DNA of 54,136 nucleotides from Octopus sinensis (Eukaryota). The DNA lies in contig NW_021833822.1 of the NCBI RefSeq assembly GCF_006345805.1, positions 1 to 54,136 on the forward strand, given 5' to 3'. The notes below the pieces were generated by a model that saw nothing but the letters and a program-made list of their open reading frames with translations, was not told where the DNA came from and ran no database searches. The translations under genes and the position numbers were made by a program. Of this stretch, positions 40,495 to 52,640 are shown piece by piece (the first letter of the stretch is position 1; each line of letters starts with the position of its first letter).

Positions 40495-42128
40495 TGTCAG
40501 ACAGAAGTCGTGGGATTTAAATTATGAAACAGGCCGAGGCTGGGTTATCAGCGATTGATAATTCGAAGTTACCAGGTAAATATAAAATTTGGTGCTTGCA
40601 GTTCGGCTTGTACCCGCGACTTGCGTGGCCACTTTTAATATACGAAGTAGCATTGTCACGAGTTGAAAGGATTGAACAAAAATGTAATGTGTTCATTAGA
40701 AAGTGGCTAGGCTTACCTCGTATGTTGAACAGCTCAGCTCTTTATCGTAAAAGAGGTTCGTTGCAGCTACCAATAGCATCAATAGTCGAAATATATAAGC
40801 TGGAGAAGATACGGACGGTCACGATGCTGAGAGAATCGAAGGATATGGAAATCAGGCGTAACCCACCAGAGGTGAAAACAGCCAGGAAGTGGAAAGCAGA
40901 AGCAGAAACTGACTACATCTTGTCTTCTCTTATACACAGAGATATGGTGGGAGCAACGCAGAACCATCGGAAAGGACTTGGTTTTGGCGCAGATCAGTTC
41001 AGACCGTTTGCAAGCATGATGCCGAGTGAACGCAGATCTGTTGTTAGCAACAGCGTCAAAACAAGAGAAGCAGAGAGAAGAGAGCTTCATTTGATCCGAT
41101 GTGTTCATCAAGGTCAGATGACGAGATGGGAAGAACATGTTGTTTAGAGGAAGATAAGTTGGGATGAGATGTGGAAGTGGACGACATCTCGGCTGAGTTT
41201 CCCGATTCGTTCATCTTATGATGTTTTGCCATCACCTACGAATCTAGTAAGATGGAATGTCTTAGAGAATGACATCTGCAAATGTGGAAAGGTCGGTACA
41301 CTAAAACATATTCTTTCCAACTGTTCATTAGCATTGAACAGGTACACATGGAGGCACAACTTGGTCCTTAAGGTTATCTTCAATGCTATCAAGAACCAAA
41401 TTCATCTCAACAACACTGAAAAATCGTTGAAAGTTACCATCAAGAGATTTCATTACCTTCGTGCCACCAGATCAGCGGATTCGTTTCAAGAAGAAGATCA
41501 AGAAACTTCCTGAGAAAAATGAAAAGTGGAACGGCTATTGGGAGGTAACTGCAGCTTTACCTGGGTGCCAGGTTTTCTTTCCCATCCCAGTTTCGAAAAC
41601 AACCAGATATTTTGATGTGGTGTGAAAGAAAGAAAGTTGTAAATATAGTCGAGCTAACGGTTCCTCACGAAGATAATATGGACGCCGCTCGGGCTCGAAA
41701 ATTGAACCGTTATGCAAACCTCCTCAAAGGAATGTGAGGACGCAGGCTGGAAAGCGGAACATTTTCCTATCGAACTCGGATGTAGAGGGTTTGTTGGATA
41801 CAGCGTGAGACGACTGTTGTAATCGCTAGGCCTAACTCATCGTAAAGTCGATACCACCATGACTGATATCCAATCTACAGTGGAGAAGGCTAGCCCCAGG
41901 ATTTGGTTAAAAAGAGACGATGAGCGATGGCTAGAAGTATATTGAGTTCTTCATAACCAGCTGATCTAGCAAGCGGGGCCTCATATCAGTGAGGTGCGCA
42001 TTGATGCCGTCGAGAGGTAGGCCCCGAAACGGCGCGCATTCTCTCCTGATGACCCCATACACTTGCTAGCTTCCGGTATACGGAGCTTTTAACTGGTAGC
42101 ACTTGCATGTGCAAGTTGTTTGCAAGAC
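40495..42128 (+). mobile_element. 5'-truncated RLE-type non-LTR retrotransposon (HERO-like), copy 2
   Basis: ORFs 40524..41147 and 41169..41513 carry RT thumb, CCHC knuckle and RYTWRHN; downstream frames give PDILMWCERKKVVNIVELTVPHEDN...RKLNRY and FPIELGCRGFVG. Confidence 0.92.
41966..42069 (+). ncRNA. non-circularly permuted hammerhead-like ribozyme motif (copy 2)
   Basis: GGGGCCT (41975-41981) / AGGCCCC (42019-42025); GCCGTC|GAGAG (42006-42016); GAAACGGC (42026-42033); CTCTC-CTGATGA (42041-42052); closing stem 41966-41973 / 42062-42069. Confidence 0.72.
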
Positions 42129-43177
42129 ACCAAGGAAAGGTCCTCGCAAGGGTCACTATGGCCTTGTGAAAGCAATTGTCCTCGTTATCTGTTTTATGAG
42201 ATTTCTTCCCTGAAACTCCGTTTGAAATAACTTCTTCATCTGTTTTAGAAGAAGAGCTTGATGTTTTTCAGTAAAAGTAATATATAAAATTTCAGTAAGT
42301 TTTATGCAATATCAGCCATTGGAAAATTTAATCTCCTTTCCGTTCAAGTAAAATGCCATCAGATTTATAATATTAACCTGGTCATGAAGTGATTTTTGCT
42401 AATAATCAGCAAGACATGAATTCGTCTTAAACATTGGCTCAACAGAAACGGTATTCCACCGGAATGTGTGCTTTCTTTGGTCTGTCCTTCAACGCATTTT
42501 GTTTAGCAATACGTTGTTTCTGTCACATTTATCCCTACCCAGGAGCAGAATATAATGAGCTTCATCCCGTAGCCGGAGAGCTGTACCGTCAATTGTTACG
42601 ATGCAACTTTTTAGAAAGTTTTTATTCCCCAAACGCATTATAACTTGTAATGTATCCAAAATCTATAATTCTGCATTTGCCCGTGGCCTGTGTAAGTGCT
42701 CGGTATTCTCCTATGCAATTGCTGACGTTTACTGTGTAAATTCTTCTGAACCTCGACTATGCATATTTACAGTATATAGAAGAAGACAATTTTTGTGTAA
42801 TCTATGCAGTTGATCTTGAGCAATTATCCTTTGAAATAGGATCGTTTGGTATCCTTTTGTTTCTCATTTCAACGTTTGAAGATTTTTCTTCGACGTCTCA
42901 TCAGAATCCTCGTATCCATGGCAATTATATATTTACCGTTTTTCTCTGGAACAAACGTATCGTGCTGGGTTGTGATAAGTTGTTGCAACTTTATGTAATT
43001 TTTGTTTAAACAGAAATGTTCGTAGACGCGTTTTTCTTCCATGATCTCTTTCTCAAAACGCTTCAAATCACCTTTGTGAAAGTTCAGGCTGGACAAGCAT
43101 GAAATACCTTAGGTAATGTTCGTTGCGTTGGTGGTGCTTTATGAGAGATTTGGGGTAGACAGGTATTTCTCTTTATC

Positions 43178-43400
43178 CTGACAGAATCGTTAGCACGTCG
43201 GGCGAAATGCGTAGCCGTATTTCGTCTGCCGTTACGTTCTGAGTTCAAATTCCGCCGAGGTCGACTTTGCCTTTCATTCTTTCAGGGTCGATAAATTAAG
43301 TACCAGTTACGCACTGGGGTCGATGTAATCGACTTAATACCTTTGTTTGTTCTTGTTTGTCCCCTTTATGTTTCGCCCTTTGTGGGTTGGAAAGAAATAG
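43178..43400 (+). mobile_element. SINE family B
   Basis: Reverse complement of 2497-2729. Confidence 0.85.
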
Positions 43401-43436
43401 GTATTTCGTCTGCCGTTACGTTCCGAGTTTGAATTG

Positions 43437-43575
43437 CATATCAACCACATGGTTCCGGGTTCATTCCCACTGCGTGGCACGTTGGACAAGTGTCTTTTGC
43501 TATGGCCTCGGGCCGACTAAAGCCTTGTGAGTGGATTTGGTAGACGGAAACTGAAATAAGCCCGTCGTATATATG

Positions 43576-43667
<92 letters not shown>

Positions 43668-43839
43668 ATATATATATGTAGGAGTGGTTGTGTGGTAAGT
43701 AGCTTGCTTACCAACCACACGGTTCCGGGTTCAGTCCCATTGCGTGGCACCTTGGACAAGTCTCTTCTACTATGGCCTCGGTCCGACCAAAGCCTTGTGA
43801 GTGGATTTGGTAGCCAGAAACTGAAAGTAGCCCGTCATA

Positions 43840-43924
<85 letters not shown>

Positions 43925-43975
43925 TTGTGTGTCTGTGTTTGTCGCCCACCCCACCCAACATCGCTTGACAACCAT
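43437..43975 (+). mobile_element. two tandem partial SINE family A copies with (AT)n/(GT)n tracts
   Basis: caaccacatggttccgggttca...gacggaaactgaaa occurs twice (43442, 43712), each followed by microsatellite. Confidence 0.85.
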
Positions 43976-44004
43976 CAGCCTATCTACTTATCTATATCGA
44001 CCTA

Positions 44005-45130
<1,126 letters not shown>

Positions 45131-45247
45131 TCAATGGAAATAACTCCACTCTTTCGATCTGAAAATGTATCTCAAAAAGATTTGACTTGAGATTTTCATG
45201 ACGGCAATTTCTGCCAAACAAAATATACTTTGGTGATAAATAATAAT

Positions 45248-45607
45248 AAAATAAATGCGCCCTTTCAAAGCCTAGCCAGGCTCATGGACCCGGTTTCCCA
45301 GTTTCAATGGCGTTTGTGTTCCCCAGCTGGACGGGACGCTAGTCCATCACAGAGTTACTCACTTTTGCCAGCTGAGTGGACTGGAGCAACGTGAAATGAA
45401 GTGTTTTGCTCAAGAACACAACGCGTCGCCCGGTCCAAGAATCGAAACCACAATCTTACGCTCATGATGCTGACACTCTAACCACTAAGCCATGCGCCTC
45501 CACAAAATAAATGCGCCCTTTTAAAGCCTAGCCAGGCTCGTGGGCCTGGTATCCCGGTTTCTATGGCATATGTGTTCCCCAGCTGGACGGGACGCCAGTC
45601 CATCACA
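45248..45607 (-). mobile_element. tRNA-derived SINE (family D) plus tandem 3' fragment
   Basis: aataaatgcgccc...aaagcctagccaggctc occurs twice (45250, 45507); tRNA-like head ends at 45503. Confidence 0.8.
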
Positions 45608-45770
45608 TGGATTAATTTTTGCTCCTGTCATCGCCTCATATTCTTGATGGAAGGTTCTTTTTTTTATTTTATTTCAGATCACTTTAAAACGGAAGTTGTA
45701 CTATAGAAACGAAGGCAGTTTTGAGCAGGTTGGTATCATAATGGTTAACTCTGGAAGATATTATTTTTTA

Positions 45771-46494
45771 TTAACCCTTTTGTTACTGTATTTATTTTGA
45801 GATGCTCTGTGTTTCTTTCAATTACTTTAAATATAAAAAAGAATTTAGTAAAATAACTTAGTTATCATGAAGCTAGTGTTAGGAACATAAATTGTGACTA
45901 AGGTTTGGTGGAAGATTTTAATTCAAAACTTATGAAAACAAAACATTTGTACTACAGAGCCAGAGGTGGTTTCAGTCAGGTTGGTATCAAAAGGGTTAAA
46001 AATATCATGGTGACTTACCCTTTTGTTACCGTATTTCTGCTGAGATGCTCTGTGTTTCTTTCAATTATTTTAAATATAACAAAGAATTTAGTAAAATAAC
46101 TTAGCTATCATTCAGCTAGTGTTAGGAACATAAATTGTGACTAAAGTTTGGTGGAAGATTTTAATTCAAAACTTCTGAAAACAAAACATTGTACTACAGG
46201 GTCATAGGTGCTTTCAGCCAGGTTGGTATCAAAAGGGTTAAGAATTGTTTCTCTATTATATATTTTTAAGCCTTTTGTTACCATATTTCTGTTGAGATGC
46301 TCTCTGTTTCTTTCAGTTAATTTTAAATATAACAAAGAGTTTAGTAAAATAACTTCATTATCATTAAGCTAGTGTTAGGAACATAAATTGTGACTAAGGT
46401 TTGGTGGAAAATCTTAATTCAAAACTTATGAAAACAAGACATTTATACTCAGAGCCAGAGCCAGTTTCAGCCGGGTTGGTAATGAAAGGGTTAA
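45771..46494. mobile_element. three head-to-tail ~228-bp piggyBac-type MITEs
   Basis: Each unit approximately TTAA-CCCTTTTGTTAC...GGTATCAAAAGGG-TTAA: 45771-45999, 46015-46241, 46266-46494. Confidence 0.8.
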
Positions 46495-46737
46495 AAACAA
46501 AAAGTACATGTTTTATTCTTCATTTTTTGCAGATAAAGAAACAACAAAAGGTTTTGATACTGATTCAGCAGGAACCAACAAACTCATACCTGTCACAGGT
46601 AGCCTTTTTTGTTGGAGTTTATAATTGGTGTCTGCAATTACAGGTTTCATACGAAATACCAGAAACCATCGAATGTATGAGAATTTCTTTTTTTTGATTT
46701 CTCCATCGTTTCATTTTTCTTTTTAGTTATATTCTAA

Positions 46738-47513
46738 CTAGCAGCATAGCCCGGCGTTGCCCGGGTAAGTAAGAACTTTGTCGATAAGCAATGCCCTTTT
46801 CCTTTTTACTCCTTTTTGTACTCATTGAACCGTTATTTTGTAAAATGAAGCCTAAAAGGCATTAAGGCATTCAAGGCACCGTTCCCTTGCATGCATGAAG
46901 ATGTAGGGAAAATCTATGAGAACTTTAAAAAAATATCGCAGAAAAATCGGTTTGCTATGTGTGCCACATATGATGTAATTAACCGATTTTTTCCAGTAAT
47001 AACGTATCCCCTTGGAATCAAAAGGGCCATAGAGCTCCTTGGGGCAGACATGATGCTCCCTGTGAATTTCAAAAAAAATTCCTGCCAATTTGTTAAAGAT
47101 ATTGTCGAAAATATGTCATCATGAATTTGAACGCGATTTCCGAAAATGGCAGGTTTTTATCGATTTTTTCTGATGGTAAGGTATTGCATGGAAAACTAAC
47201 GTCAGAATTAAGTTCCTTAGGGTAACATTAAGCTTCACCATGAGTTTGGTGAAAATCGATTGTAAGTTGCGAAAACTACAACGGAAAATGTGTTGCAAAT
47301 AAAAAGCTTAGATTCTCGACCCCATGTCGAATTTATTAATTTTTTTCATAACTGGGGGAACTTTACAAAATTTTGGCTGCGTTAATTTTGAATTATGAGA
47401 TTGGGCTATGTGTGTGTCAAGTTTCATTAGAATCGGTTGCAAGCCGTGGTCAGGGTGAGGGTACAACCTGACAGACACACAGACAGACAAACTGCCTTTT
47501 ATGTATATAGAGA
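46738..47513 (-). mobile_element. non-autonomous Helitron-type element
   Basis: Minus strand TC...hairpin (plus cccggcgttgcccggg)...CTAG between A and T; 3' end similar to that of 2837-3243; GACA repeats near the 5' end. Confidence 0.75.
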
Positions 47514-47651
47514 TATTTCTCAGCCCTGTAACAGACTTTCACTGATTGTGTTAGCATAGTTTTTGCATAACAGCGTTAGGTTTACGATGAACCGGTGATT
47601 ACCGTGCGTTGACAGGAGGCAAACACAAGGCAAACACCTCGAAACTGCAGT

Positions 47652-48023
47652 CCATTGTAGTTTTCGCAACTTACAATCGAATTTCACCAAACTCATGGTG
47701 AAGCTTAATGTTACCCTAAGGAACTTAATTCTGATGTTAGTTTTCCATGCAATACCTTACCATCAGAAAAAATCGATAAAATCATGCCATTTTGGGAAAT
47801 CGCGTTCAAATTCAAGATGACATATTTTCGACAATATCTTTAACAAATTGGCAGGAATTTTTTTTTGAAGTTCACAGCGAGCATCATGTCTGCTCCAAGG
47901 AGCTATATGGCCCTTTTGATTCCAAGAGGATACGTTACTACTGGAAAAAATCGGTTAATTACATCATATGTGGCACACATAGCAAACCGATTTTTCTGCG
48001 ATATTTTTTGAAAGTTCTCATAG
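47652..48023. repeat. inverted copy of 46914-47284
   Basis: ORFs 46852..47088(-) and 47792..48028(+) translate near-identically; the DNA is the reverse complement. Confidence 0.92.
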
Positions 48024-48142
48024 GTTAACGAGAGAGGGATGACCTCCCTTTGCAAATACCATAAGGGCACAGAAAGTGTGCCTAAAGCCAGCTGGAGACG
48101 ATGATCTTCTGGGGCTAAAAGCTACAGTAACACCCACCCTTA

Positions 48143-48282
48143 GTCGACTTTGCCTTTCATCCTTTCGGGGTCGATAAATTAAGTACCAGTTACGCACTGG
48201 GGTCGATGTAATCGACTTAATCCCTTTGTCTGTCCTTGTTTGTCCCCTCTGTATTTGGCCCCTTGTGGGTAGTAAAGAAATA
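48143..48282 (+). mobile_element. SINE family B 3' part
   Basis: gtcgactttgcctttcatcctttcggggtcgataaattaagtaccag... Confidence 0.85.
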
Positions 48283-48499
48283 CATATGGTTGACTTGCAT
48301 CTCTGCGAGCTTGTGTGGTGCAGGAGATAAGAAAATTGCAATTTATTAGACAAAATCCCCTAAAAAGCATCACAGATTTTCGTTTTTGAATTTTCAATTT
48401 CCGTTTACCTTTCATTAACTACAGTTTCTTTTTCGTGATTTAACGTATTCGCTTCAAAATATGCACTCTTTTACTCTCTCTTTTACTTGTTTCAGTCAT

Positions 48500-48730
48500 T
48501 TGATTCCCAGACCGGGCGTTATGTGTGTTTATTGAGCGAAAACACCTAAAGCTCCACGAGGCTCCGGCAGGCGACCCCTGTTGTACTCTTTCGCCCCAAT
48601 TTTCTCCCTGTTTCTTGAGTAATGCTGTGACGGACTGGCGTCCCGTCCAGCTGGGGGGGGGGGGGCTGCACATACGTCATAGAAACCGGGAGCCGGGCCC
48701 ATGAGCCTGGCTAGGCTTTGAAAAGGGCGA
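48500..48730 (+). mobile_element. SINE with family C body and family D-type tail
   Basis: gattcccagaccgggcg...aaagctccacgag followed by gagcctggctaggcttt tail. Confidence 0.7.
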
Positions 48731-48858
48731 AAAAAAAACCACTTATTAGAACGTCCGTAGTTGAATGTTTTGTTGTAATTTTGTCACGCAAAAATGATAA
48801 CTTCCAACTCCTTATTTTCTGATTGGCTAAAAACTGTAAAATCTTAAACCTACTCTCG

Positions 48859-49078
48859 TTTTACTCTTTTACTCTTTTACTTGTTTCAGTCATTTGACTG
48901 CGGCCATGCTGGAGCACCGCCTTTAGTCGAGCAACTCGACCCCGGGACTTATTCTTTGTAAGCCCAGTACTTATTCTATCGGTCCCTTTTGCCGAACCGC
49001 TAAGTGACGGGGACGTAAATACACCAGCATCGGTTGTCAAGCAATGCTAGGGGGACAAACACAAACACACAACCACAC

Positions 49079-49113
<35 letters not shown>

Positions 49114-49315
49114 ATATATAATATATATATATATATATATATACATATATACGAAAGGCTTCATTCAGTTTCCGTCTACCAAATCCACTCACAAGGCTCT
49201 GGTTGGCCCGGGGCTATAGCAGAGGACACTTGCCCAAGATGCCACGCAGTGGGACTGAACCCGGAACCATGTAGTTGGTTAGCAAGCTACTTACCACACA
49301 GCCTCTCCTGCGCCT
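48859..49315 (-). mobile_element. near full-length SINE family A with internal microsatellite
   Basis: tRNA-like head (minus AGGCGCAGGAGAGGCTGTGTGGTAAG...GGTTCAGTCCC), (AT)n middle, (AAGAGTA)n tail. Confidence 0.9.
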
Positions 49316-49472
49316 CTGTAATTTTTTTTTATAAATTTTTCTGAAACGTCAGATTCAGTATGAAAAATTACATCAATATAACAAATTTGAAAATTTTCAC
49401 TTAATTTTAAAATTTCAAAAATTAAAGGCAAACAGAGAAGATAAGCATTTTTTATTGAAATTTTCTACAAAT

Positions 49473-49900
49473 AGGCGCAAGAGTGGCTGTGTGGTAAGTA
49501 GCTTGCTAACCAACCACATGGTTCCGGGTTCAGTCCCACTGCGTGGCATCTTGGGCAAGTGTCTTCTGCTATAGCCCCGGGCCGACCAATGCCTTGTGAG
49601 TGGATTTGGTAGACGGAAACTGAAAGAAGCCCGTCGTATATATGTATATATATATAGGTATGTGTGTGTGTTTGTGTGTCTGTGTTTGTGTGTCTGTGTT
49701 TGTCCCCCTAGCATTGCTTGACAACCGATGCTGGTGTGTTTACGTCCCCGTCACTTAGCGGTTCGGCAAAAGAGACCGATAGAATAAGTACTGGGCTTAC
49801 AAAGAATAAGTCCCGGGGTCGATTTGCTCGACTAAAGGCGGTGCTCCAGCATGGCCGCAGTCAAATGACTGAAACAAGTAAAAGAGTAAAAGAGAGTAAA
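49473..49900 (+). mobile_element. near full-length SINE family A
   Basis: Reverse complement of 48859-49315. Confidence 0.9.
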
Positions 49901-49929
49901 TATACTTCAGGTGACGTAGACTCCGCTTA

Positions 49930-50608
49930 CCGTAAATCCTCGAGTATAGTCCACCCTCGAGTATAATACGCAGGGGATTTTTAGGGGGCTGTACCTCTGG
50001 AAAACCTAAACCTTGTGTATAATACGCAGGGGATTTTTAGGGGGCTGCACCTCTGAAAAACCTAAACCTTGTGTATAATACGTAGGGGATTTTTAGGGGG
50101 CTGCACCTCTGAAAAACCTAAACCTTGTGTATAATACGCAGGGGATTTTTAGGGGGCTGTACCTCTGAAAAACATAAATCTTGTGTATAATACGCACCCC
50201 TTCTCTAACTTGAGTCAATAAGGTCTATATAACGTCCTTGGTTTGTAAAAATGTATACAGTAACGTCCTTTATTATTATTGTATATATAACATAATGCAA
50301 ACGTTTAGCTTTTTTGTGCATTTTGTTTGCAGAAAATAAAGAAATAACAGTAATAACGTTTAATAATGTTGCTTATTGCAAATAATGAATGATTCTTTTA
50401 TGACTTCATTGCTTTCAGGCTTAGCTTAAGGTATTTTCACTCCCGACATCACAAAATGCGTCTGAATAAACATTGCCGGACAGCAAATAGGGTCTCGGAC
50501 ATTGCTTAGGAAATAATTTTCATTTTTAACCTCGTATATAGTACGCACTAGGGATTTTGACCATTAAATTTTGGGAAAAAAATGCGGATTATACTCGAGG
50601 ATTTACGG
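49930..50608. mobile_element. pogo/Tigger-like MITE with four internal 56-bp tandem repeats
   Basis: Perfect TIR CCGTAAATCCTCGAGTATA / TATACTCGAGGATTTACGG, TA flanks; repeats start at 49961, 50017, 50073, 50129. Confidence 0.88.
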
Positions 50609-50699
50609 TATATCTGTAGAAATTTTCATTTAAAAATTTCCAATTTTCTAAAAGTTATGAAGAAATAAAATCGGTCGGGTACATTTGTGCGGTCGTAGT

Positions 50700-51000
50700 T
50701 GTTTGTTCCTTCTCGAGCCATGCCTGGCTCATAAGGGCCGGTTTCCCGGTTTTTTGGCGTATAGGTTCCCCACCTGGACGGGACGCCGGTTCGTCGCAGG
50801 TGAGCTGCAAGATGCATGTGGAAAGAGTGAGAGAAAGTATGGCAAAAGAGTCAGCAGAAGTTCGCCATTACCTTCTGCCGGAGCCGCATGAAGCTTAGGT
50901 GTTTCGCTCATAAACACACACATCGCCCGGTCTGAGATTCGATCCCGCGATTCCTCGACCGCGAGTCCACTACTCTAACCACTAGGCCATGTGCCTCCAC
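50700..51000 (-). mobile_element. tRNA-derived SINE related to families C/D
   Basis: Head (plus strand ...taaccactaggccatgtgcctccac) and tail resembling 45260-45345. Confidence 0.75.
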
Positions 51001-51274
51001 TGTGTAGTAGTTACACCCCAGTAAAGCAACTGTCCCCCTTCCTTCCTCCTATCATTTACCATCCCGCTACCACCATTCACTAATACACTTATTCTTATTT
51101 AAATATCCCGCCTTTGCATGTCAGATTCGGTTACAGTAGAAAACGTTACACTCCAGGCATTCATTAATTTAATAAGTTGAAATACTAGAATATCCAAGCT
51201 AAAGAAAGTAAAAGGCAAGTAAAAAAATTACGTTTATCACATATCACATTTATGTTTATCACATTTATACTTCT

Positions 51275-51733
51275 CTGCGCATGGACACATTGAAACTCCG
51301 ACGTCTGGCAGCTGACTTGGCAGACACCCATAAAATTATTAACCATCTTACAAACAATAAATCTGAGCACCTTTTCAAACTCCACCCGTCTAACACCCGT
51401 AGACATGTTTACAAAGTCAGAAAACAGCACAGCTCCCATGACTTTCGGAAACATTTTTTCACGCTGAGAGTTGCTGAAGCATGGAACAAACTGCCGGCAT
51501 AAGTTGTTAGTTGTCGGAGCACTGCATCCTTCAAAACTTCCATGCTTCCTGAGATTCGCCAACACTACACCTGATCTTTCTCCCCTCCATACACACACAA
51601 GCACGTATCTGACTCATACACTGTTCGCTTTCCAGACATTTGTACATTACTGCATATGCTTTATACGCACTTTTGACAAGTTGTGGTGCACCTGAGCACT
51701 GTATACAACAATTTCATTATTATTATTATTATT
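51275..51733 (+). mobile_element. CR1-type LINE 3' end (ORF2 C-terminus, 3' UTR, (ATT)n tail)
   Basis: ORF 51281..51502 LKLRRLAADL...NTRRHVYKV...RKHFFTLRVAEAWNKLP matches the CR1 LxxRR..DL / TRGH..KL / FF..RV...WN.LP pattern. Confidence 0.88.
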
Positions 51734-51734
51734 T

Positions 51735-52083
51735 AAAATCTCCACCCGTCTAACACCCGTGGACATGTTTACAAAGTCAGAAAACAGCACGCTCCCATGA
51801 CTTTCGGAAACATTTTTTCACGCTGAGAGTTGCTGAAGCATGGAACAAACTGCCGGCATAAGTTGTTAGTTGTCGGAGCACTGCATCCTTCAAAACTTCC
51901 ATGCTTCCTGAGATTCGCCAACACTACACCTGATCTTTCTCCCCTCCATACACACGCAAGCATGTATCTGACTCATATACTGTTCACCTCCCAGACATTT
52001 GTACATTACTGCATATGCTTTATACGCACTTTTGACAAGTTGTGGTGCACCTGAGCACTGTATACAATAATTTCATTATTATT
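51735..52083 (+). mobile_element. tandem second copy of the CR1 3' end
   Basis: Near-identical to 51378-51725. Confidence 0.88.
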
Positions 52084-52228
52084 TTTTTTATATAAGGCCA
52101 TGCTGGCATACTTTCACATTCGTGCCCTCCTTCGACTTTGTAGCCTCATAACTTCCAGGATAGTGGATATTTTTTAATGAAATTTTCAGTAAATATGTTG
52201 CAGATTGTGTAGATCCTGATTATTTTCT

Positions 52229-52640
52229 TTTCGGTTTGAACGGCAGTTTTTTCTAGCGGTGTCATATGAAATTGTCACCCATAATTATGACCCTAGTATC
52301 GATCTATTGCATTTCAATCTGTTTTAGGGTTAGGGTTAGGGGTGGGGGGAAGGGTATCATTTTTTTCTTCAGAAATGTAAATAAACCCAATCTGTTTCTT
52401 AAACGAGGGACTTATTCATACGGCGCAGAATGTTTTTTTTTTTACCTCAATGGACGTCATTGATTGGTTGAAACTGCAGAAATTGAAGAAAAACAACAAC
52501 AAATATCTTACAAACTATAGCATTTTCTCAATAAAGCCAAGAGAAAAAGATGTTTTATAAACACATTCTACCAGTATACGAAGTTTAAAAGTGTTTAGTT
52601 ACGTGGAAATTATTGTAAAAAACTGCCGGTCAAACCGAAA
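52229..52640. mobile_element. unclassified TIR-bearing element with internal TTAGGG repeats
   Basis: TTTCGGTTTGAACGGCAGTTTTT / AAAAACTGCCGGTCAAACCGAAA; (TTAGGG)3 at ~52324-52341. Confidence 0.7.

Larger units (their letters stand above)
38875..42810 (+). repeat. right copy of the direct repeat flanking the satellite array
   Basis: Colinear with 5155-8674 plus one extra SINE insertion. Confidence 0.95.

Noticed and set aside
5155-42810. Giant LTR retrotransposon with 3.5-kb LTRs
   Set aside because: No TG...CA ends, PBS/PPT, TSD or gag/pol; homology extends raggedly beyond the repeat edges.
42869-43096. Possible host exon (75-aa minus-strand ORF)
   Set aside because: No recognisable domain or supportable splice structure; cannot be called without homology or RNA data.
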